From the NCBI GenBank assembly GCA_964600985.1, contig CAZRJR010000001.1, positions 45,319-109,318 on the forward strand: a stretch of 64,000 nt of DNA, given 5' to 3'. The DNA comes from an uncultured Candidatus Saccharibacteria bacterium. GTDB lineage: Bacteria; Patescibacteriota; Saccharimonadia; CAILAD01; JADZBC01. Shown in pieces: positions 57,140 through 64,000 of the stretch. A model generated the notes under the pieces. It made no database searches. It saw only the letters and a program-made list of their open reading frames with translations, and was not told the DNA's origin. How positions within the stretch are numbered: position 1 is the stretch's first letter; each line of letters begins with the position of its first letter. Made by a program: the position numbers and the translations under genes.

Positions 57140-57904
57140 ATGAGCGCTCAATCAGTTGACCCACTTTTAAACAAGAAGGTTATTAAGCTAGGTTTTCAGG
57201 CTTCGAATGAAGAACTGGAGCGCGTAAAAAAAGCCACTGAGATTGAGCGCGAATGGTGGTCTGAAAGAGAAGCGTATAGTAGTTTTTCTGCCATTGAAGA
57301 GGACGTAGGCCGGGGTCATATGACCAAGGTCGAGGGCGCCACGAATTATCTTCCGGCAATGAGATTCAGGAATCCAAAGCTCAAGATACAGTATCCACCA
57401 TACTTAGAAGGTTTAACCAAGGCGCTATTGGATGAACTGACGCAAGAATGGCGAACGCGTATGGATGCCGAGGATCAGCCTAAAGATGTACGACTTGCCG
57501 TAGCTAACCTAACAATTACCCAGGCTTATCAAAAAGAACTTGCCAAAAGTGGAAAGTTGGCCATTTTAGGCAATCCACATGTTCGTGGCGTGGCGTTTGA
57601 TATCGATGCTAGTGCATATTATTTTGGCGATACGCCAGTTAATGATCGACAAAATCTTAAGAGTGAATACGACAAGCGCTTCACTGACGCTCAGGCAGCT
57701 TCGTATGTTCCGCCGTTTAGGAATTTTGATGAACACCTCACACGACGACCTTTGGAGATATTTGGGGAAGTTCTACAACAAGCCAAAATAGACGGAAAGC
57801 TTAACTTTGTTCTTGAATATCCTGGAACTAATAATGCAAGCTACCATATTTGTCGTAATCCAAACTATAAGCCTAAACTTGACAGTATGGCTCGCGGAGA
57901 CTAA
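57140..57904 (+). CDS. hypothetical protein
   Basis: 254-aa ORF that immediately follows the murF-like stop, with no motif recognised. A terminator follows it. Confidence 0.5.
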   Translation: MSAQSVDPLLNKKVIKLGFQASNEELERVKKATEIEREWWSEREAYSSFSAIEEDVGRGHMTKVEGATNYLPAMRFRNPKLKIQYPPYLEGLTKALLDELTQEWRTRMDAEDQPKDVRLAVANLTITQAYQKELAKSGKLAILGNPHVRGVAFDIDASAYYFGDTPVNDRQNLKSEYDKRFTDAQAASYVPPFRNFDEHLTRRPLEIFGEVLQQAKIDGKLNFVLEYPGTNNASYHICRNPNYKPKLDSMARGD

Positions 57905-57997
57905 ACTAGCCCCATGAAATCACAACAACTCAACCTGCTGGGTCTCTTGCTTCGCTCGCCACGGTAGGTTTGTTGTATACCATATAAAAGATCTCCA

Positions 57998-58017
57998 GAC
58001 CGCCGCGAGGCGGCTTT
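57998..58017 (+). terminator. Rho-independent terminator candidate
   Basis: A ccgcc-gcga-ggcgg GC hairpin is followed by TTTTT, ~90 nt after the stop at 57904. Confidence 0.5.
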
Positions 58018-58263
58018 TTGGTTCGCCCGATTGCTTCCCAATATCGGTCTGGAAATCACATTTGCAGACCGAAGCAGGAAACAACCACGAGCTTGGAGGC
58101 TCACATGTGTAATGACGATCGCTCTAAGGCTCGCCGTGACCACAACGGCGCAAGCGACGAGGACGGAGTGGTCTACCCGCAGGCCGAGAGCTGCCCGCAC
58201 TACGGCACACCTTCTCGGGCTCTGCCGCCTGATCACCGCAACTACCCCGCCTGATCGGCCCTG

Positions 58264-58295
58264 CCAGCTGGGGTAAGTGGCAAGTGCCACTTACC
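58264..58295 (+). promoter_or_regulatory. perfect 14-bp-stem hairpin in leuS leader
   Basis: In ctggggtaagtggc-aagt-gccacttaccccag the 14-bp arms are exact reverse complements. A T-rich tract follows (cacctcacttttact), 50 nt upstream of the leuS ATG. Confidence 0.4.
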
Positions 58296-58344
58296 CCAGC
58301 ACCTCACTTTTACTATTAACCAATAAGTAGGCTACAATACAGGT

Positions 58345-61300
58345 ATGAGTAATCAATCCCCCAAATACAATCCGCAAGACATCGAACCCAAATGGCAAAA
58401 GATTTGGGATGAAACTGGTGTGTACACCGCTAACTTAGAGAGTGATAAGCCCAAGTACATTGCCATGAGTATGTTTAACTACCCTAGTGGTGCCGGCATT
58501 CACATTGGCCACGCTATGAACTACACCATAAGTGATGTAAAGGCGCGCTTTAAGCGCCAACAGGGATTCGAAAGCTATCATCCGGTTGGCTGGGATGCCT
58601 TTGGTTTACCGGCCGAAAACTATGCCATTAAGGCAGGTGTGAGTCCACAAGAGAGCATGGCTACCATCATCCCGAGCTATCATAAACAATACAAGGCCAT
58701 GGGTTGGAGCAATGACTGGGAGAAGGAAATATCTACCCACTTACCCGAATACTACAAGTGGACTCAATGGATATTTAGCCAAATGTACAAGCACGGCTTG
58801 GCGTACCAAGACAAGCGGATGCAGTGGTGGTGCAACAAGTGTCAGACTGTGCTTGCCAACGAGCAAGTGATAGACGGCAAATGCTGGCGGCACGACGGCG
58901 CAGATGATCCTATGGTAGAAAAAAAGGAAGTAAAGCAGTGGTTCTTTAAGATTACCGAGTATGCCGATGAGCTCTTAGAAGCAACTGATGATCTTGATTG
59001 GACTGAGAGTGTGAAGACAGCACAAAAGAATTGGATCGGCCGGAGCGTGGGAGCAGAAGTTAAGTTTGCAGTGGAAGGCAGCGAAAAATCTATTACAGTC
59101 TTTACTACCCGAGCCGATACACTCTTTGGTGCTACATTCCTAGTACTTGCTCCTGAGCATGAGTTGGTAAATAAACTTACCACTCCAGAGCAAAAGGAGG
59201 AAGTTGAGGCGTATATTGCGGCTGCCGCTCTTAAGACCGAGGTTGATCGCCAAGCAGCCAAGCAAAAAACGGGTGTATTCACTGGGGCGTACGCAATTAA
59301 TCCAGTAAATGGTGAGAAGGTGCCAATCTGGATAGCGGACTACGTGCTAACTGGTTACGGTACAGGTGCAATTATGGCGGTGCCAGCGCATGACGAACGA
59401 GACAATGAATTTGCAAAGAGGTTCAATCTGCCAATAGCTCCAGTTATTAAGCCGGTGACCGGCGTTCCTCAGGAGAACCCCGAGTACCGGAAGAGTATTG
59501 TTGCAATCGTATACAATCCGCGAACAGAAAAGTACCTTTCGATTAATTGGGGCAAAGATGGTGGCAATATATTCATCGGTGGCGGTCAAGAAGAGGGTGA
59601 AGATATTGTGACAACTGCCTTGCGCGAGATTCGTGAAGAAACAGGTTATCAGAATGTCAAACATACTGCTACTACGCCAACAGACATTGAGCACCACTAC
59701 TTTGCACATAGTAAGAGGGTAGCTAGAAGGATTGATTGTTCTGGATTACTATTTGAGCTAGAAGATGATCAACAATTTCAACAATCACTTGAGGCTGATG
59801 AACAGGGTAAATTTACAATTGATTGGCTAACAAAAGACGAAGTACTAAAGAGTGTTAAAGATGAACTACATAGAACATGCTTTGAACAGCTTGTATTAGA
59901 ACAAGTTTTTACAGCAGAAGGCCTGCTTATTAACTCAGGGGCATATAACGGCATGACTACGAGTGAAGCGCGTGATAGGATAATTACCGATTTGGCAGGC
60001 AAGATTGGTGATGAGGCTGTTGACGTTGAGTACACTACTAATAGCGAGCCGGTCTTTATACAGAAAGTTTCAGGAAGTGCCGTAAAGAAAGATCAGCCCT
60101 TTGTAGAACGTGAAGCTATTACGGCAATCGTAAAGCATTGGAAAGAAGATAAATATATTGGCCTAAAGTGGAAGCAAGTTGATTGGGAGACGTTGATTAC
60201 AGGTGGAGTTGAGGATGGCCAAACTCCAGAGGAAGCTGCTATCGCTGAGATTCGTGAAGAAACAGGTTACTTACACCCAGTTCTTAAGCAGGATTTCGGC
60301 ACAATGCATGCTAAGTTCTTCCATGTTCCAAAGAACGAGAACAGACACGCACACTTCTCTTGCTTGTACTTTGAATTGGCCGATGGGGTGAGAGAGGAGA
60401 TTGCTGAAGAAGAACAGCAGAATCATGAAGTTGTATGGTTGAGTGCTGAAGAAATGACAAGTTTTAAGCTACCAGCTTCGCACCGGTATATGTGGGATCA
60501 ACTTAGAGGGAATTCTTCTGGCTTAGCTGCGGAAAAAGTTAATTACAAAATGCGTGATTGGTCAGTATCACGTCAGCGCTACTGGGGTGCGCCGATACCG
60601 ATTGTGAATTGTGAAAAGTGCGGAACAGTATTGGTCCCAGAGGACGAGTTACCAGTAGAGTTGCCAGAGCTTACCGACTTCGTGCCAAGTGGTGATGGCC
60701 GCAGTGCCTTGGCCCGTGCTACTGATTGGCTCAACACTACCTGCCCTGATTGTGGTGGGCCGGCTGAGCGAGAGACGGATACCTTAGACACGTACATTTG
60801 TTCTAGTTGGTATATGTTCCGCTACTTTGATCCGCGCAATCAGCAAGAGATCTTTGAATCCAACGTAGTTAACAAGTGGATGCCGATCGATTTTTATAAT
60901 GGTGGCGATCATGCTACTGCCCATATGCTTTATGCACGGTTTGTAACCCGATTCTTTAGCAAGATTGGTTTGGTGAACAGCCCGGAGCCCTTTAAGCAGT
61001 TCCTATTTAACGGGAAGGTGCGGGCCAGTGATGGTAGCGCGTTTTCGAAGTCTAAGGGCAACGGCATAGATCCACTCGATGTAATTAATAATGGCTATGG
61101 CGCTGACGCTTTGCGCATGTACTTGATGTTCGCGGCTCCATTAGAGATTGACGCTCGTTGGGATCCGCAAGGGGTGCCGGGTACATTCCGGTTCCTCTCG
61201 CGGTTGTGGAACTTGGTTAGTGAATACCAAGCTGCGCCACAGAGTGAGTTGAGCGAAGCAGCGGGCCGGACAGTACTTAGTCCCATGCATGCTATGGTCA

Positions 61301-61743
61301 AAAAAGCTTCGCAAGATATCGAAGAAAACCACTATAATACTGCCATTGCGGCGATTATGGCTGGGCTCAATGACTTGTATAAGCAAAGGAGCACGCTAGT
61401 GCGAGGCAAGGTGTGGCAGCAAGCGCTCGAGATGATCGTGGCTACTGTAGCGCCATTTGCGCCACACATTGCGGATGAGTTGTGGCAGCAGCTCGGTCAC
61501 AGCAGCAGCGTGCACAAGGACACTTGGCCGAAGTGGGATGAGGCATACCTTGTGAGTGACGTTATCACGATCGTGGTGCAAGTAAATGGTAAGCTACGTG
61601 GTGAGTTCAGTGTATCTACCGATAGTACAAAGGAGGACTTGGAAGTAGAAGCGCGCCGCTTGGCCGAAGAAAAGGGGTGGATAAAAGATGAGGTTAAACG
61701 AGTCGTGGTCGTGCCGGGGAGGCTGGTTAACATAGTAGTTTAG
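58345..61743 (+). CDS. leuS: leucyl-tRNA synthetase carrying two in-frame Nudix-box-containing insertions
   Basis: 1132 aa. The HIGH region is YPSGAGIHIGHAMNY, the CP1 editing region has TTRADTLFGAT and VPAHDERDNEFAKRF, and NSGAYNG, MRDWSVSRQRYWGAPIP and the KMSKS-like FSKSKGNG are present, with the C-terminal domain. Two extra segments carry Nudix boxes (see findings). Confidence 0.9.
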   Translation: MSNQSPKYNPQDIEPKWQKIWDETGVYTANLESDKPKYIAMSMFNYPSGAGIHIGHAMNYTISDVKARFKRQQGFESYHPVGWDAFGLPAENYAIKAGVSPQESMATIIPSYHKQYKAMGWSNDWEKEISTHLPEYYKWTQWIFSQMYKHGLAYQDKRMQWWCNKCQTVLANEQVIDGKCWRHDGADDPMVEKKEVKQWFFKITEYADELLEATDDLDWTESVKTAQKNWIGRSVGAEVKFAVEGSEKSITVFTTRADTLFGATFLVLAPEHELVNKLTTPEQKEEVEAYIAAAALKTEVDRQAAKQKTGVFTGAYAINPVNGEKVPIWIADYVLTGYGTGAIMAVPAHDERDNEFAKRFNLPIAPVIKPVTGVPQENPEYRKSIVAIVYNPRTEKYLSINWGKDGGNIFIGGGQEEGEDIVTTALREIREETGYQNVKHTATTPTDIEHHYFAHSKRVARRIDCSGLLFELEDDQQFQQSLEADEQGKFTIDWLTKDEVLKSVKDELHRTCFEQLVLEQVFTAEGLLINSGAYNGMTTSEARDRIITDLAGKIGDEAVDVEYTTNSEPVFIQKVSGSAVKKDQPFVEREAITAIVKHWKEDKYIGLKWKQVDWETLITGGVEDGQTPEEAAIAEIREETGYLHPVLKQDFGTMHAKFFHVPKNENRHAHFSCLYFELADGVREEIAEEEQQNHEVVWLSAEEMTSFKLPASHRYMWDQLRGNSSGLAAEKVNYKMRDWSVSRQRYWGAPIPIVNCEKCGTVLVPEDELPVELPELTDFVPSGDGRSALARATDWLNTTCPDCGGPAERETDTLDTYICSSWYMFRYFDPRNQQEIFESNVVNKWMPIDFYNGGDHATAHMLYARFVTRFFSKIGLVNSPEPFKQFLFNGKVRASDGSAFSKSKGNGIDPLDVINNGYGADALRMYLMFAAPLEIDARWDPQGVPGTFRFLSRLWNLVSEYQAAPQSELSEAAGRTVLSPMHAMVKKASQDIEENHYNTAIAAIMAGLNDLYKQRSTLVRGKVWQQALEMIVATVAPFAPHIADELWQQLGHSSSVHKDTWPKWDEAYLVSDVITIVVQVNGKLRGEFSVSTDSTKEDLEVEARRLAEEKGWIKDEVKRVVVVPGRLVNIVV

Positions 61744-61767
61744 TCCCTCTCATGCCAAAAAGCCTTC

Positions 61768-61795
61768 GACTCCGCCCCGGAAGTGGGGCGGAGTC
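61768..61795. terminator. bidirectional Rho-independent terminator
   Basis: gactccgcccc-ggaagt-ggggcggagtc is an 11-bp perfect stem. The flanking aaaaag on the plus strand gives a T-tract for the minus-strand gene, and gttgttgt follows on the plus side, weaker for leuS. Confidence 0.7.
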
Positions 61796-61812
61796 GTTGT
61801 TGTACGAGCTGC

Positions 61813-62172
61813 TCAGGCCTGTGCTTGCACCTTGTACTCGCGTTCCTGGGGGTTCTGAGCGTGGAACTCCACAGCCTTCTCGAACAGCAAGATCTCGGTC
61901 TCGGAATCGCGTGCCAGGAATGCGTTGAGCCAGTCCTTCCAGCTTGCTTCGAACTCCCTTGGCAACGGGTAGGTGTGGTCGATGAACGAGAAAGAAGCCT
62001 TGATCTGCGTGGAGAGCGCGGTGTCCTCCACCTCTTCGAGAGACTGCTTGCCGCACATCAGGTGGCAGATCCTGTTCAGTTCTCTGATATCGGTCCACGC
62101 CACCCAACCGGTTGAGGGGCTAGTGAGGAAGCCCAGGGCTTCTGCGAATGTTCCTTGCAACTGCTTGGCCAT
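61813..62172 (-). CDS. hypothetical protein on GC-rich insert between leuS and yceD
   Basis: 119 aa from the internal Met (MAKQLQGTFAEALGF...). The ORF-track start at 62313 lies in AT-rich intergenic sequence. The gene is visibly more GC-rich than its flanks. Confidence 0.5.
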   Translation of the reverse strand: MAKQLQGTFAEALGFLTSPSTGWVAWTDIRELNRICHLMCGKQSLEEVEDTALSTQIKASFSFIDHTYPLPREFEASWKDWLNAFLARDSETEILLFEKAVEFHAQNPQEREYKVQAQA

Positions 62173-62248
62173 TCCTGGCCTCCTTTGGTCCACAGGTTCA
62201 TTAGGTAGAACGAGAGTATTATACAATTCATTGGTCGGTTGAGCAATA

Positions 62249-62689
62249 ATGAGGCATTGCAAAGAATGCGAAAAAATGCTACAATTCGTAGCGAAGAATA
62301 TGCTAATAAACATTCTGGATCTAAGCCGAAAGCCCGAGGGAACTCAAGATACTCGAGCCATTCACATTGACACTTTAGAAGACGTAGACTTGGCAAAGCC
62401 CTTTGAGGCCCAGGTAGAAGTTATGGTAATAACGCCACAGCACTTTTCGGTGCACACACGAGCTAGCCTGGTGGTAAACCGCACGTGTGATCGTTGCCTT
62501 AAACCCTACGAGTACCCACTGAGCCTGGACTTTACCCAAGAGTTTGCCGACGACAGCGATGACGCCGACTGGCCTATAGTAAACAACCAGATCGATGTGC
62601 TTGAGCCGATTCGCCAAGAAGTCTTACTAAACATTCCAATGAAAAGCTTGTGTTCACCAGATTGCAAAGGCATTCTTGAGCCACACTAA
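62249..62689 (+). CDS. yceD: YceD/DUF177 family protein (23S rRNA accumulation protein)
   Basis: 146 aa with paired Cys motifs (CDRCLKPYEY ... CSPDCKG), positioned immediately upstream of rpmF, which is the conserved yceD-rpmF arrangement. Confidence 0.65.
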   Translation: MRHCKECEKMLQFVAKNMLINILDLSRKPEGTQDTRAIHIDTLEDVDLAKPFEAQVEVMVITPQHFSVHTRASLVVNRTCDRCLKPYEYPLSLDFTQEFADDSDDADWPIVNNQIDVLEPIRQEVLLNIPMKSLCSPDCKGILEPH

Positions 62690-62716
62690 CTAATACCAAC
62701 AGGAAATAGGAACCTT

Positions 62717-62884
62717 ATGCCAGTACCAAAAAAACGCACCTCCAAAGCTACTAAGGGTCAGCGTCGTAGTCACGACAGCCTTAAGTCAACTCAGCTTGTA
62801 GTCGAAAAAACTTCGGGCACTAGCCTACCGCGACGATTGCACAAAGCTGCAGCACTGGGTATAGCACGAATTAAGAAAGTTTAG
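62717..62884 (+). CDS. rpmF: 50S ribosomal protein L32
   Basis: MPVPKKRTSKATKGQRRSHDSLK... is the canonical L32 N-terminus. At 55 aa it falls below the ORF-track length cutoff. Confidence 0.85.
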   Translation: MPVPKKRTSKATKGQRRSHDSLKSTQLVVEKTSGTSLPRRLHKAAALGIARIKKV

Positions 62885-62892
62885 GCCATAGT

Positions 62893-63366
62893 ATGGCTTC
62901 GAATCGTCACCTCGGCCGGATCGTAGCGCTCCAAAGCTTGTATGAAAACGATTTTCGCAGCGATATAGCTGAGCTTGCTACAGACCTCGACGAGATAATT
63001 AAGCGAAACTTAAGCGTCTATGGCGAGAGTATAGAAGACACGAGTTTTGTATCCGACTTGGTTAAAGGTACGATCGAGCACCAAGAGCAGGAAGACGCCA
63101 TGATCGTGCCGGCAGCTCCGGAGTGGCCGATTGACCAGATTGCTAAAGTAGACCGAGCGATTCTGCGCATGGCCCTGTACGAACTAGCCATTAAGCGCGA
63201 CGTACCGCCCAAGGTGGTGATTAACGAGGCAGTTGAGTTGGCTAAGTCGTTTGGTGGGGACAATTCCAGTAAGTTTATAAACGGTGTGCTAGGTACTATT
63301 TATCGACAGAGTGATTTTTATGAACCAGAAGAAGACAAACAAGCCCAAGCTAAAAAGTCAGCGTAA
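62893..63366 (+). CDS. nusB: transcription antitermination factor NusB
   Basis: 157 aa. RHLGRIVALQSLYENDF and the two all-helical subdomains match the NusB pattern. Confidence 0.85.
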   Translation: MASNRHLGRIVALQSLYENDFRSDIAELATDLDEIIKRNLSVYGESIEDTSFVSDLVKGTIEHQEQEDAMIVPAAPEWPIDQIAKVDRAILRMALYELAIKRDVPPKVVINEAVELAKSFGGDNSSKFINGVLGTIYRQSDFYEPEEDKQAQAKKSA

Positions 63367-63826
63367 GGGCGATTCGCGCGCCAAGGCAATACCGGAGTAT
63401 ACTGCTGGTGGCATAACGTTTCGTAGGACTAAAAGTGGTGCTATAGAGTTTTTGCTTATGCAAGACCACCGTTCGCGTTGGACAATTCCTAAAGGTCACG
63501 TAGAGTCGGGCGAGACGCTCGAACAAACTGCCTTGCGCGAGATGCAAGAAGAAGCCGGCCTTACTAAACTCAAAATTGTAGATCGCCTAGACAAAGTGCA
63601 TTTCTTTTACCGTCGCGAGGGTAAGCTGATATTTATGACGACCTTTATATTCCTTATGGAAGCACTCGACCCTGATGAGCCCTTGGTGTTAGAGGACATT
63701 CAATGGGTCCAGGACCTTAAATGGTTCCCGGCTGACCAAGCACGTGCTTTAATAGAGTATAAGGGCACTAAGCTACTACTCGATATGAGCGTGCAGAAGC
63801 TAAGAGAAATGGGGCTAGAGGTATAA
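63320..63826 (+). CDS. Nudix hydrolase
   Basis: The Nudix box [23 protein letters not shown] fits Gx5Ex7REUxEExGU. The exact start is unclear because any ATG start would overlap the nusB 3' end; a GTG/TTG start is possible. Confidence 0.7.
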   Translation: MNQKKTNKPKLKSQRKGDSRAKAIPEYTAGGITFRRTKSGAIEFLLMQDHRSRWTIPKGHVESGETLEQTALREMQEEAGLTKLKIVDRLDKVHFFYRREGKLIFMTTFIFLMEALDPDEPLVLEDIQWVQDLKWFPADQARALIEYKGTKLLLDMSVQKLREMGLEV

Positions 63827-63837
63827 CATGTTTGAGC

Positions 63838-64000
63838 AAAAGAAAATCGAAGACATACTAGGTATAGTATTTAGCTCCCCGGAGCTCATAAAGCGCGCCT
63901 TCGTGCACCGTAGCTATATAAATGAGCACCCTAAAGCCGGGCTAGAGCACAATGAGCGCTTGGAGTTCTTGGGTGACGCTGTGTTGGAGCTTGTAGTTAC
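63838..64000 (+). CDS. rnc: ribonuclease III, N-terminal part (3' end outside window)
   Basis: [15 protein letters not shown] is the RNase III signature motif. The frame remains open to the window end. Confidence 0.8.

Noticed and set aside
58018-58276. Two overlapping ORFs (78 and 81 aa) in the GC-rich leuS leader
   Set aside because: They lie in the leader or insert patch, overlap each other in different frames and have no motif. A ~49-aa peptide (MCNDDRSKARRDHNG...) cannot be excluded but is unsupported.
57905-58344. T-box riboswitch upstream of leuS
   Set aside because: I searched by eye for the conserved T-box sequence (AGGGTGGNACCGCG) and a specifier-loop context and found neither. 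Only a terminator-like hairpin is present.

Overview
The window is a gene-dense 64 kb stretch at roughly 50% GC, from a small-genome bacterium with Gram-positive-type envelope hallmarks: an LPXTG sortase substrate, an RpfB-like protein, CHAP/LysM hydrolases and MltG. Several housekeeping proteins look reduced, for example a 625-aa AlaRS without the C-terminal domain. This fits a CPR/Saccharibacteria-like episymbiont, but that is inference only. The housekeeping backbone runs pyrB (5'-partial)-nadK, murB, pgk, tpiA-ppa, rsmA, metG-tatD, a cysteine desulfurase, mnmA, alaS, an ftsA-like gene, ruvX-mltG, uvrD, obg, mscL, a murF-like gene, leuS, yceD-rpmF-nusB, a Nudix gene and rnc (3'-partial). 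There are four tRNAs: Lys(CTT) and Arg(TCG) on the minus strand near 8.1 kb, Glu(TTC) on the minus strand at 27.1 kb, and Ala(GGC) on the plus strand at 55.3 kb. No rRNA or CRISPR array was found. Five accessory observations stand out. (1) Two paralogous phage-tail-fibre-like surface proteins are present, and the second heads an 8.7 kb co-directional cell-envelope/host-interaction locus. (2) The 3' end and terminator of tRNA-Lys recur as tandem ~46-bp att-like repeats, and tRNA-Glu has a 19-bp duplicate of its 3' end; each locus brackets visibly GC-rich single-gene inserts. (3) More GC-rich inserts lie upstream and downstream of leuS. (4) An AT-rich three-gene cassette begins with an AdoMetDC-fold protein that has lost its catalytic residues. 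(5) leuS (1132 aa) carries two in-frame insertions, each with a Nudix-box signature. All calls come from reading the sequence and recalling motifs; no database searches were run.
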